The notes below the pieces were generated by a model that did no database searches, was not told where the DNA came from, and was given only the letters and a program-made list of their open reading frames with translations. This document shows positions 51,490 to 64,000 of a DNA stretch of 64,000 bases, piece by piece. The position numbers were made by a program, and so were the translations under genes. Each line of letters begins with the position of its first letter. The first letter of the stretch is position 1. Source of the stretch: Phoronis australis (taxonomy: Eukaryota; Animalia; Phoronida); assembly GCA_002633005.1 (NCBI GenBank), contig NMRA01000027.1:347265-411264 (forward strand), given 5' to 3'.

Positions 51490-51898
51490 GGCCGGTTGCA
51501 TGAAACAGTCTCAAACAGGGTCTTAACCAACTTCTCTAAATTATATGCGCACTTGTACCGCTGTTTAGTCACCAAATTTATTTTTTTTTCATCACTGTAT
51601 ACTTTTATGAGCTCCTCTTTCACTAATGACATTTTCTAACAGATATGTCTGAAAGTTAAGCCTATATTTCGATGAAAATATATACGGACTTCGTCCTGAA
51701 ATAGGTTTGGCATGATTTTCATCAATAATGAGAATTCAATGTAGGATTTAGTCTCGGTGTGTATCAAAACTAAAATTAACTTAGACTCTTGAAGAAAAAT
51801 GGCGTAGAAAGCAAAATGTTTGCACAAGTTCATAAATGTGGTGAAATGTTGAGGGACACGGCTGAGTCCCTATTTGGAACTATTTCATGCAACCAGCG
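51490..51898. mobile_element. PIF/Harbinger-like MITE, ~410 bp
   Basis: TIRs GGCCGGTTGCATGAAACAGT and ACTATTTCATGCAACCAGCG match at 17/20 positions. The TSD is not clearly preserved. Confidence 0.55.
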
Positions 51899-54800
51899 AT
51901 TGTTCCCAGGCGCGTATCCAGTATCAATGTGGGAGGGCGGCTTCGTAACCTAGAACAGACCAGGATGAACAGACCAAAACCGAGGTCGGGAAGGGCGGCC
52001 TAGCAGTGAACAGGCTATTGTATAAGAGACACATCGAGTTTAAGTAGCTCCACCCTGTCTCCATCTGAGCCTGAACATTCAAAATTTTTTAAGCAAACCC
52101 AATGGTAATTAAATCGTCGTTCAAACCTTCCTCTTACAAAAAATCGCGGATTTGACTCGAAAGCGTTTCGAGCAATCTCATTCAAAACTTCCAGGGCAAC
52201 AGTGCTATAAAAAGAAAACTGTCTCTTCCTTTATGAAACTGGGCCACAGATGCCCTTTGACACAACTTAAGACGCGTGCACATGAATAGGTCCGTGACTA
52301 ACAGAGAGTGAAAACTACGATCATTTAAATGCTAATGCTAGATAATGGTATTTGCACTATCTTCCGAAATGGAAATTGACTTTCTGATGGCACTCGAATT
52401 AAAAAGATCGACCCACTTAAAGAAGCGACCAGTATAAAAGTCATCTATTCGCAAATACTCTAATGCCGTATCTAGCTAAGAGACTGGATTTTTTAGGACG
52501 CGAGCATCGACATAGAATAACGGGATTTTAAAGGTTCTATTTCCCCTTCGATTTAGTTAAGAACTCCGTAAAACAAATTTTATAATGAAGCTCCAACTCC
52601 CAAATGATTTTGATATTACAAGACATATTTAAAAATAAAGAGACTTTAATTTCTAATTTTGTAACCTGGTGTTACACCAACAAAAGAGCAACCACAGTTG
52701 AGTAACACGGACCTTCACTTTCCACGAATTAGAAACATTGAAAGTAAAAATTGGCTGTAATTTTATAAGTGCTCCTATTTTAGTGATTTCTATTACATTA
52801 TCATTTTAAGCATTTTTGTGATTAATGTGAAAATAATAACTTTTCTCGCCGATAATCTCCTTTTAATAGATAAGACAGGTCAATAAAGTAAACCAGATCA
52901 AATCAGCCTAGTTATTCTCTGTACAACTCAAAACATGTTGATGAAAATATTGTCTAAGTACTTTTATCCGGAGAAACCTTAGGACCATTTCAGAAAATAG
53001 AACTTCTTCCTTTTGAGGTTTGCGTCCTTACTTGAATGTGACAAAAAACGCTAAATGAAACAATGTTTCTTACCACTCGGACTTGTCGAGTTTTGTACGT
53101 ATCCCGGATCAGTACCAGCCAAACGTTAAACCCTTCGTTGCGATTTGAAGTAAACCGTCATACTCCCCATATGTTAACGTCTTCTTTCAGAGCGATAGCA
53201 AAAATCACCTGTTATTGAACTTTCGTGGTTACTATGGGCAACAAAAAACATTCAAGCCTAGTGCCATCTGCTCCTGCAAGCAAACGACCTCGTGATCTGC
53301 CATGTTTTATTGTAGATGCATAGTTCGAGAATGAGGCTACACGGAAAGTGTGGTGGTTAGTATTGCTGCACAGCTGTTGTAGAAACGCTGGCAAATACCC
53401 AAAAATTTACTTCTTGTGATAAAAGATGGATATACACCGAGTTGAAAACAAACGTAATAAGTTCTCGACAGGCGCAGATCTTTTGTTTTGTACTCCGAAC
53501 TTATGTTTCAATGAATGCAAACTTCTGTGGTTATAACTTAAGTAGTAGGTATGCTGGCATACTAATTGAAATTTATTTTGAAATTGTGCTGATTTACAAA
53601 TTGCCGTCTTTGTTGTCAAAAATTCAAAAAACATTCAGAAAAAGTTTAAAATTCACGTTTGACAAGTAACTCTAGAACGCCCGTTGTAGTCACAGCGCCA
53701 TCTGTTGACAATACAATTGAAACTAACCGGGGCCCAGGAATTTAACTGTGACATTTGTAGGCAAACCTATTTCACAAAAATAATTGACTAAACATATAGT
53801 CGGCGTCCCCTAATTCGTCACATAGAAGCGAAAATAGGTGCGTGTTCCCTCCAGCACATTTCGGAGAACAACAGATTCTTCACCTGTATATCTGGAAAAA
53901 TACTATGCCAAAATATTTTGACAGGAATCACAACTTTTCTCAGTTTTCCAATTCTCCCAGTATGTAAGCGTGTATTCGCGTCGGTCACTCAAAACGTTTT
54001 CATATTTACCAAGACTTGTGAGAATAATAGCGCGCCATCTGCTTCATTTAAGCGGAGCTAATAATATTGATAGTTCATTCCGTTAGCGATCTCATCTGTA
54101 TGTGTACATAACATATGTTCAATATCCGCTGGAGATGAAAATTAAAGAAACGACTGGACCGAAATATATGCACTAATGCACTCTCTTGATGTCTATATAA
54201 GGACACAGAAGGACACCAAGGCTAATAAAATGCCTAACGTTCCGTTTAGACTCACATTTACAATCAGATTTTTCTAACACTTTTCACGGTTTTGCGCATA
54301 AAGGGTATTCAGATTTTACTTAAAACTTTTAAGTGTTTCAATACAGTAGTAACATGTCATTCATTGTACTAGTTAAGTAGTCGACAAACAGGATTTCGAG
54401 GGGTTTCTAAGAACATCTAGATTTTCAAACAATTTCGTAGTAAAAGAACTACTAAGATTTCTCTTCGTGATAATGGGAACATATAAACCGCAGCAAGCAT
54501 TTCCCTTTATTTCGCCCTCGTTTAAAATCACTAGGTCGGACACAAATGACCAGGGGACAGGAAATGTATTCCTCGTTTTTTACTGTAAAACGATGTCTAC
54601 TTAAATAGCTACTCAGTAATTGACATTTGTTCTAGGGCTGAAATAGATTAGATGATTATAGTTTCTCGTCGTTCATGGATTCATTTAGCATACTGAATTA
54701 GTTGTCATGGGCACAGTACTAATACAAACAAGTTTATATTCTGGATTACAGCGTTGTCATAACGTTCCTGCTCTCGGAACTATTCTAATGGCACAGACTC

Positions 54801-57231
54801 TTGGGAAAAGAACAAAGCGAGGTTATCCGACATCAACCTTAATTAATTCTCCACCATTTGCTCGTTGTGTGGAAAATTTAATTAGGTCTAAATAACAAAG
54901 AGCCACTCTAAGAAGCAGGAACGCTTCAAGTAAAACATCAACAATTCCAATCTTGTTAAACACAAAGATCTTCCCATGTCATAGTTTCTCGTCGTCAGCA
55001 CTTTAGGGGCAAGAGCCGCCACTAAAACAAACAAAACAAACAGTGGTGAAGCCAAGGCTGGGCATACAATCGGCCTAACAAATTTCAATGATTTGAATAA
55101 AGCTCTGTTCGCCATAACCAAACCCGATTAAAAAGACCAATGCCAGAAATAAAACTTCCAATTACGCGCGAGCGCTAGTTATTGCGCCTTTATTTCTAGA
55201 TGTTTTTTGAAACTGCAACAACGTCTTCAAAGTTTTTTAAAGTTGTCACTTATTCTTCTCAATGAAAGAAGAAAAATTTTCCAAATTCTACTCATACCTT
55301 CTCATGTAAAGGACGTTATCGGGGGTTTATGGTCGACACACATTTTATTATTATTATTGGCAGGAGTAGGAGACTTTTCAAGTTATTAGCTGTCCAGTCT
55401 TTGCCAGTTACCACGTAAATAGTTCTGCCCGAGAGTTTTGGGACGTTGCCCCATCGCTGTGGTTGTGGTTATATGATCACAGAAAAACACTTTTGTCGCT
55501 TATTATGCCTCTTTAGAAGACCCATATGCATCAAAAGGAATTGAAATCAAAACAACAGTTCTGCGAAAATAACGTTTAAAGGATACCAAACCCGGTTTTG
55601 GCCTATTACAAACAGATACTAAAAACGACTTTCCTGTCCAGTTCCGTCTGAAATGAAATAATGCTCTGTAACCCTCGACACCACTCAAAAGTTGGAGAAA
55701 AAATTTGAAAATTCTTTTCAGGTCTGCACGCTAAGCGGGCAACTGAGCGTGGCCTACGCTTCTAGCGAGTTACACGGCGGGCAACTGTGGGGCAAGACGG
55801 CCTACAAGGACCTAATTGTGAGATAAGGGGTATTGAGTTTTCAGCTGATTCCTGCTTTTTATGTTTCACGATTGACGCTACTAGTGGGGGATTAGCAGAT
55901 GATGAGAACGAGGAATTGATGAAATCATCAAAACAGGGTTTACTATCCTTTTAAAATCCGGTAGCACGCAAGAAAATGCATAACAAAATGTAATTTGACT
56001 CCCTGCGTCCCTGGTGAGATCTTTATTTAGGGGTGCAATGGCACAGAAGTAAGAAACTCGAAAAAAGCAAAACCACATATAATTACATGATTAAAAGGTG
56101 AGAGTCTCGAGAGTATTCTGGGTTCTCCTGTACTTTATTCTCGCACAATGGCGGCCACTGAGGTGATTGGTCAATGAAGCTGGAATGTTCAAAGTGTCAC
56201 AAAATTCACCTTTTCTGTTTTATAAGCGAAGAACTCTCTCCATACATGGATTGCCAGTGTCTGTGTGTCAGAATGCACCCTGAACACATTTCCCATTTCC
56301 AGGGAGGGATTAGGCATTCAAGGAAGAAAAGCCGCGAAGGAATCAATGTCTCGATTTTACATCAAACCTACAGATGGCCAAATATTCCTGTAGTCCTATT
56401 AGAATGAAACACCTACTAACCTGGACTTTGCAAAGAGCCCTCTTCCTACCAGAACAGTCGGGGTGCATATTTTGCTATATATGCATGGTAGTAATATACT
56501 CATAGGGTGTATGACTATAACAACTGACTCAACAAAATCAACGTTTGAGATATTTACTTATGGAAGAAACAAAGGCAACTCAGGTGTATGGAAAGCCATG
56601 ATTCCTTGCATATTAACAGAATCATCACAGTGATTACCAAGGTATTCTCATAATCCTCAAGGTGAGTCTGTAATAATCAGGGTTACTTTGAGAGTACCTC
56701 GATGACTTTGAGAGTAACAAAGTGATTTCAGCCCAATAGTCTATGACTTTGAAAGTATGATTTCGAGAGCATACCGTGAATAATACGCTTATTACAAGAA
56801 AGTCACGCATTTCTAAAGATATGCGGGAATTTTCACCGCTCGTCCTTCTGAGCGGCTTGTACCAGGATCATCAAAGAGAGCGTGGCACCGGAATCAGGTA
56901 CAACTGTGATAACCGCATTGCCCGATGCGAGCAAGACCCAATTAAATGTCCGACCCGAAACTGTATTAGACATCTCTAGCTGTACATAATGGCGAATTTT
57001 CAAAATGCATTAACCACAATGATAATTTTCGTTATAAAAGAACATCACGGCGGTAACGGCATTCAGCTGAAAAAAAAAATCAAGTACGGTTTTCGATTTT
57101 TAAAAATCGATGAACTAATTATCTAAAAACTGCAACCATTGGGTACGATTGAAGACGATAAACTACCGCGCGTATTGATATACTCGGTGGATACAAATGC
57201 TGATCAGAGTTAACAATATCACATGGATTCA

Positions 57232-58966
57232 TTTTTATGCACCCACATGATTCATATGTGGACGCATTATGCCGTCATCTCTGTCCGTCCGTCCCGCGTC
57301 CGTCCGTCCGGGCGGCCAGGGGTCGGTCCGGCGGCGTTCGCTGCTCTATCTAACTGGTTGACGCATGTTCATGAAATTTGCACGTGTTCCTTTCATAGAT
57401 GGGACGGCATGAGCGAAGGTTGACTGAGACGGATTCGACTATCGGTGTGCCCCCTAGTGGCTATTTTAGTTTTTTACTTACCTCTGTATGTTCAAAGGTC
57501 CTCAAAATATTTTCACGAATTTTGGTATATAGGCATTAGTGAGACAATGATATCCTCCCGTTTTCGGATGGATTCGATGTAGTTTGCGCCATCTAGTGGC
57601 CATTTTTACTGTTTTCGAGTCTGTTTTTTAGCGTCCACCCCTCTATCAACCAAACGGCGCTCTACGCATGATTGTGAAAATTGATGTATATTCTTACTAT
57701 GAAGAGGACTGTTGACGATGATTTTCCGACGACTTCGACTACTGTGGCTCCTCCTAGTGGCAGTTTTTTTCGCCTTTGGCTCCTAAACCGTTTGCAGGAT
57801 CTTTACTTAAATTTAGTAGGTGCATTTACATGACTGATGACAACCGACGAGGACGACTCTCGGCAGTTCTGACTACTGGTGTGCCACCTAGTGGCAATTT
57901 TATTTTTTTACGTTTACTTCTGTATCTTCAAAGGTCCACGTTTTTTCATAAAATTTGGTGTGCAAGCTTTTCATAGTGAGGGGACACTATCTTTCCATTT
58001 TCAGATGGATTCGACCTAGTTTGCGCCACCTAGTGGCCATATTTACTGTTTTTTGAGTCTGTTTTTTGGCGTGCACCCCTCTATCAACCAAACCGCTTTC
58101 AGGATAATTGTGAAAATTGGCATGTATGTTTTTACTATGAAGTGGACGGTGACGATGATCTTCCAATGACTGACTACTGCGGCGCCTCCTAGTGGTAGTT
58201 TCGTTTTTTCGCCCATGGCTATATCTCCTAAACTGTTTGCAGGATCTTAACAAAATTTAACAAGTGTGTTATATGTTGAGAACAGACGACGACGATTTAT
58301 GAATGGATCTGACTACTGGTGTGCCCCCTGGTGGCAATTTTAGTATTACGTTTACCTCTGTATCTTCAAAATTTCAAAGGTCCTCAATGGATTTTCATAA
58401 AATTTTGAATACGGGCATCTATTGTCGAGACGACGCTATCCCCCCGTTTTCGGATGGAATCAAAGTATTTTGCACCACCTAGTGGCCCTTTTTGCTGTTT
58501 TCGAGTCTGTTTTTGGCATCTAGCCCTCTATCAACCAAGTCATGATGGTTGGCGTATATGTTCTCAGTGTGAAGAGAACGGTTGACGATAACTTTGACTA
58601 CTGTGGCGCCTCCTACTGGTAGTCTTGTTTTGTTTTGCACTCATAGCTGTATCCACTGCAGGATCTTTATTAAATTAGTAAGTGTACTTATATGAAGCTA
58701 ACAGACAATGACGACTTTCAGGCCGATCCAATGAACAGTGTGCCCCCTAGTGGCAATTTCATTTTATTCTGTTTTCCTTTGTTTCTCTGAAGTTCTGATG
58801 GATTTCTATGAAATTTGGTGTATAGCTTTCAATTAAAGAAGCAATGACATGTTCTCGTTTTTGCGCCATCTAGAGGCAATTTTTATGACACAAATAAACA
58901 ACTCTAAAAGCACACCATTTGCGATGCATTCGTGGGTGCATTTCAACGCTCCACGTTGCTCTTGTT
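57232..58966 (+). mobile_element. Helentron-associated / DINE-1-like element with (GTCC)n and an internal ~430-bp higher-order tandem array
   Basis: T-rich insertion site. Perfect sub-TIRs ATGCACCCAC (57237-57246) and GTGGGTGCAT (58932-58941). 5' palindrome CCACAT...ATGTGG, then a GTCCGTCCGTCC microsatellite. 3' hairpin CAACG-CTCCA-CGTTG followed by CTCTTGTT. Confidence 0.85.
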
Positions 58967-60516
58967 TAATATTCTTTGAATCTTGTTTAACCAGATTTTT
59001 AACCAGGAAACAGTTGCTGTGCCCACTTTTCATTTTTTATAACTGACAAAGAGCTAGAATAGTTATATAGTCAGTGCCACCGAAATTGTCCAGAGATTCC
59101 AAATCTTCAGTTTGGTTATCACCATATTTGCACTTATGTATATATTTCATGATTTGAGTTCTAATAAAGATTAAACTTTAATGACACGTGAAATATTCAC
59201 AGGTCACATCCTGAACATCAATGTTACACAGTAATCAAAAAAACCTGTTTTTATCTTGGCACTAACCAGCACTTTGTTTTATCGTTATTTTTCACAGTTA
59301 CGTACACCTCAGTTTTATACTAACATGTGCCAACAAGTAAGGATCGATATCACGATCATTTGTTGTATATAGTAAGAAGAAGAAATGTTTAGTGTACCTG
59401 TAATGAAGTAACTTTAGGGATGGGCTTACAATGAACATAACTAATTAACTTTAGGTGGCGATCAAAATATACCCCTGTTTTGATACTTCAAGTTCAAAAC
59501 TCAGATCAAAAGTTATCAACTCATTGCCTGTAAGAAAAAAAAAACAAATGGGCAGAAACATGAAAAATTAAATAAAGAAAACCAACATGAAACTTATCGT
59601 TCCTTTGGGAAGTGGCCCTTTGTGAAGATAAACACAAGTTAACCTTTTTAGTCATTTTGTAATATTTATAATGTACCAAGTTAAAACTACTCTCCAGAGT
59701 TGCAGGCTATAACTCTGCAAATGTCAGAGAAAACCAAATTGGGGGTACTAACAACAACCATTGTTGAGACAGTAATGCTCGCAATTACCTTTCCACTTCA
59801 TTAGCTCAGATCTATTTCAATACAAAGGGCGTGCTGAATAGGCATGGTAAATGGTGTCTGGGGCTTAGGGAATCGAAGGGGTCACCAGTGTAAGCGAGAA
59901 ATTTTCCACATGGTAGCCCAGTTACTGCTGATGGCAACCTTTACTTAATTACATTCCTACTATCTCAATCCTGAAGATGTTCCTTGATCACATATTCTCT
60001 AGGGTGCACATTTTTTCAGCTTTCACCAAGTATTAATGTTGTGGGTTGAAATAATCCCCATATAATATAGGTAGCTTTGATGATGATAATTTTGAAACAA
60101 AACATGTATATTTTATGGAAGGAAGTACTTAACTTGTATACCAATTCATACATTATCTTGCAGAATTGATACAGACATCATGACCACCAGAGGGAGCACT
60201 TTTCTTTTATCACAGTTTCAACAGTGCATGCAAATATATAGAAATTAAGAATAGAATCTAGATTTTCAAAAACTTGAATGGATTAAAGATTTTTTCAATT
60301 AAATCCAGAATGCCTTGCTGAAGATGGAGCCACATGTCTACTGTTAATGTCCACTGGCATGGCAACCCAACTACTCTTTCAATTCAACAATGAACACATA
60401 CTTCACGAACTTAACAAATTCTATTGAAAATAAAATAAAATCTGTTTACACATTGCATTCTCTGTAAAAACATGAGAATTATAAACAACATAGAAAATTC
60501 CAACAAGCTAGGTTTT

Positions 60517-60785
60517 CTAATCCTCCTCCTCAGTATCAAAGGCAGGACTTAAGCCAGCCTCATTTTCACCCTTAATGGGGAAATGATCAATCACTCCAAC
60601 AGGTGTCACTGAAGTGAGTTCGGATCTTCCTTCACGAGTAGTTCTAACAGATTCCGATGCTTTCCTGGTTTCTAAGGTATCACGAGAGGAAGTTGTGTTG
60701 CTTGAGCGAGTTTGTTTCCCGTCTTGTTTACTTGTTGCTGCAGTTTTAACAGGTGACTGGCGAGATCGTCTGCCTTCTCGAGTAT
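60517..60785 (-). CDS. Probable terminal coding exon of an unidentified gene (TREGRRSRQSPVKTAATSK...GLSPAFDTEEED*)
   Basis: Strong acceptor TTGTCATTGTTTTTTGTTAG, an open frame to TAG, protein-like composition, and AT-rich UTR-like sequence downstream. Confidence 0.6.
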
Positions 60786-61221
60786 CTAACAAAAAACAAT
60801 GACAAACAACTACAGTTGGCCATGTTGAAACATTTTGGGTTGAGTATTGCAAAGGAGTTTAAAAAAATCAAGAAACAACGCACTGACATACGTGGCAAGC
60901 TCTAAACAATATGAATACAATACCAAAGGGATACAACAGTGGGCAAACGTGGTGAACGATTGAGAATCTTCCAATGTGGTAACTAAAGTAACAGCGATCT
61001 CAAGAATGGGCCTCTTGATCACTTCCTACTCCAACTGGATTCACGCCTTTTACTTTAGACATACAACAAAATGTTTTAACAATTTTTGTTCAGATTCTGG
61101 AGAATGTGTAGAGCTCAACACGGATATGACAAAACAAAACTAAAAATATAAATTGTAACAAGAAGCAAAGTATCAAGATGTAAATCTGCCACCTACTGCT
61201 GGCGCCCCCTAATGGTCTAAC

Positions 61222-61734
61222 TCAGGAATGAAAGGTAGCTGTTGCTTTTATTGTCATCATCTGATGGTGCATAGGAAACGGAAGAATTAGAAGAACTTAA
61301 AGAATCGACATCAACTTGAGGTAACCGACGCTTCTTCTTAACAGTTGGATTTTTTTGCATGGGTTCATTTTCCAACGTTTGCGCAGTGACAGATGGCATT
61401 ATCGTAGTACTGCTGATCGGGTCATGTCTCAGAAATGGTGGGTAATCGGAGACAAATTTCCCGATCAGATCTTGACGTGATGGAGACGCTTGAAAGGGTT
61501 TCTCCAGGCGACTAATAACATCAGAGATCACTGCTGACTTATTCCGCATCTTTCCAAATCTGTGTAGTTCAATGAACTGTTGGATTGAGTTTCCACGAAC
61601 AGTGCTGGATTGTGCTGTCAAAGATGGCGGTACCATCAGCAGTTCAGGCTCTTCCTCACAGATGGCAGAGGAGGCAGGCTTGACAGTGCTCAGACTGGGA
61701 ACAACCAAGGTAGACGGAAGAGAGCAAGTACTGT
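61222..61734 (-). CDS. Probable coding exon of the same unidentified gene (STCSLPSTLVVPS...IQQFIELHRFGK...PTVKKKRRLP...SYLSFL)
   Basis: Long polypyrimidine tract and TTAG acceptor, with 171 open codons. A candidate GTTAGA donor in phase 1 joins the 60785 exon in frame. Contains an NLS-like KKKRR. Confidence 0.6.
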
Positions 61735-63143
61735 CTAAGAAACAGAGGTAGAAATACAGAACAGAAAACAGAACATTTAGATAGAGATTGACACATAGAT
61801 AAGAACCTTCTCTATTTAAAGTTAAAGTGTTGACTCGGAGGTTTTCCTGCCTCATAAATAAGCAAACACACCACCCCTAAATTGTCTCCAGAGATACCCA
61901 GTGAGCACTACCGTAAAATTTTACATGTATCAGATAATGGGCTTCAGATTACCCAATCGTAGAAGATGAGAAAATTTGATTGCTTGTCACAAAGTACCAA
62001 TAAAGGTTACTCTATGTTTGCTTTATCACTGAGAAACAAATTTAAAATAAAAAATTTTGTGTCTCTGAAAGTGAAACAAGTCGTTTACATTGTCATGGAG
62101 CGTACAGTATACAAGACACAGGATGAGATAACAGCAGTACATTAAATGCATGTAAATATCCTTATGCCATATACTGTGTAAATATGGGCATTCAATATGC
62201 CATGAAATACACAGCCAGTGAAATACGGGAAAGTAAAGGCAATCCGTATACAATGGTAGAGGCCGTATTTCATGGTTGGTGTACAGTCTCCTGATGGAGT
62301 AAGTTTGTGTGTAAGATATGGCTCATTCGTTTGAGTTACCTAAACCATTGATCTAAGGCATCATTCCTGAAAAAGCAGTTTTACTGCTCTAAAACTATAA
62401 ACTTTCAGCAAAGATTTACCCAATGAAAATTCCGACACACGGCAATCAGGCAATTTTTTAAGCATCGCTGGTTTAATCTGGGTCATCATAAATAGGTCAA
62501 TTGCCTAAACAGCGTCCCCAAAAATCAGGCAAAAATCTAATTCAAATCAAATGAAAATGTTTTGCTATTGATGCATACTGTATATCTACGCTGAAAACTA
62601 AGAAACAGCGACCTAATAATGAGTATGTTTTTTTACTGACACAGTCGTCTGCTCATAGCATTCTTGACTTTCTGTCGTTGGTAACATAAAATTGACTTTT
62701 TGCAATACAATCACTACCTCAAGTTCTACAAATCTGCAGTTTCCACCATTATTTTCCAATGCTGTGATCAACACGGAGAAATGTTTCTATCACTATTTCC
62801 ATTCGAGAAGCTAAGACACAAAAAGAGACCAAGAAAACTAAGAAATTCATCAACGCCAGATCAACTCAGCTGCATAACTGTTTAATTTTTATATTCCCGG
62901 ATACATTGTTTCCAAGTTTCCAACAAACTTTTAATATTATTGAATAGTTCATTGTTTTAACTTGTATATTCCATAAAATGAAATAAAACATTTACTAGTT
63001 GTTCAACACTTTCACAGATAATCTTGTTGCTTAGCTGGCACTGGTACCGTGTTTGGCATATATATAACGTTGCAAAACAACAAGCAAAAGCACATGGCAA
63101 AAAGATATCGTCGCCATGAAATAAGTGGATTTATATGTGATAA

Positions 63144-63309
63144 ATAGGTTATCCCAGTAGGAATACTACAGCGATATCATATCTCAAATTAATTTGAACT
63201 GAGAATGTCCCAACGAGACTGAAGGTCGAGTTGGGACATTCCCAGATGCCAACTTAATTCTCGATAGTACAAATTGCAACAGTATTCCGATGTATAAGGG
63301 ATAACCTAT
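63144..63309. mobile_element. Small TIR element (166 bp) with a central hairpin
   Basis: Termini ATAGGTTATCCC / GGGATAACCTAT, plus inner GGAATACT / AGTATTCC. Internal stem GAATGTCCCAAC...GTTGGGACATTC. Confidence 0.65.
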
Positions 63310-63520
63310 ATATACTAGGTAATTGTTTTGGTGAATGTTGGGATATTGAAAGTGGCAATGATGGTTATTCTTGAAACAAAACCCCACGTAACCCATTGCA
63401 GTTAAGTTTTTAGCTATGCTTTTAAAGAATGGCCATAAATGCATGATATGTCCAAATTTGATTACAACTAGTGTCCAAAATAAGGGGGTAATGCCACGTT
63501 TAATCCGGTCGTCATTAAGT

Positions 63521-63680
63521 CTGCCCATTTCGTCAACTACTGACCAAACTAGTCATGAGCAAATCTGCCCATTTAGTCAACTACCGACCAAACTAGTCAT
63601 GAGCAAGTCTGCACATTTAAGTCAATTACCTCACAATCATGACCAAATATGCACATTTAGTCGACTATCTACCAAACTAT
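63521..63680. repeat. ~44-bp tandem repeat, ~3.5 copies
   Basis: CTGCCCATTTAGTCAACTACCGACCAAACTAGTCATGAGCAAAT recurs at 63521, 63565, 63609 and ~63649. Confidence 0.85.
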
Positions 63681-64000
63681 AACATTTAAACAAGTAAAAA
63701 ACTTTATGAAAATCGAGTGAGCAGAATTCAATTTTGGATTTAACATCAGTGGATCACAAGAGAATGTTGTTTAAAGAAAACTTGATCAAACAAAAATGTT
63801 TCATTTCACAGCAAGTAAATGAAACCAAGAACATGGCCAAATTTCTTTTGTTACAAACCTTTCTAAATTATCGTTTCCCTTTTTATGTCATGCAATTATA
63901 TATTTCTTCATAAAATGACAGAAGACCTAATTTTCCATATCACCAATGCAAAAGAGATTCAAGAACAAATCCTAACGTTCATTTTTTATGATAAATCAGC

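Noticed and set aside
60517-61855. Assignment as FANCM on the basis of human synteny
   Set aside because: The terminal exons have no ERCC4/HhH-like sequence.

Overview
This is animal genomic DNA: AT-rich, with GT-AG introns, many repeats, one 933-N assembly gap and scattered single Ns. It is probably from a marine invertebrate, but the taxon is only an inference. The + strand carries the 3' part of a spliced MIS18BP1/KNL2 (centromeric CENP-A loading factor) gene. Nine exons can be read between 1602 and 27093. They encode the end of the SANTA domain (GFPPNW), a CENP-C-like motif (SGRSVKPSLAWWSNER), the conserved GTxKRK...DSTP and SPG...NR...YI blocks, and an EEDYYW tail. The 5' exons lie upstream of the window and at least one exon is missing, probably in the gap. 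The right end holds the last exons of an unidentified convergent minus-strand gene. The remainder consists of minisatellites, non-autonomous DNA transposons (hAT-like with 5- and 8-bp TSDs, pogo/mariner-like, Harbinger-like, Helentron/DINE-1-like), a degenerate SINE, and relics of a THAP-domain element and a Gypsy retrotransposon. Two observations stand out. First, a 41-bp minisatellite built from an MIS18BP1 intron/exon junction gives 11 tandem splice acceptors, ten of them followed 3 nt later by a donor-like GTAAT. Second, Helentron-type elements carry co-oriented CTCF-like motifs about every 140 bp. All calls were made by eye, with no database searches.
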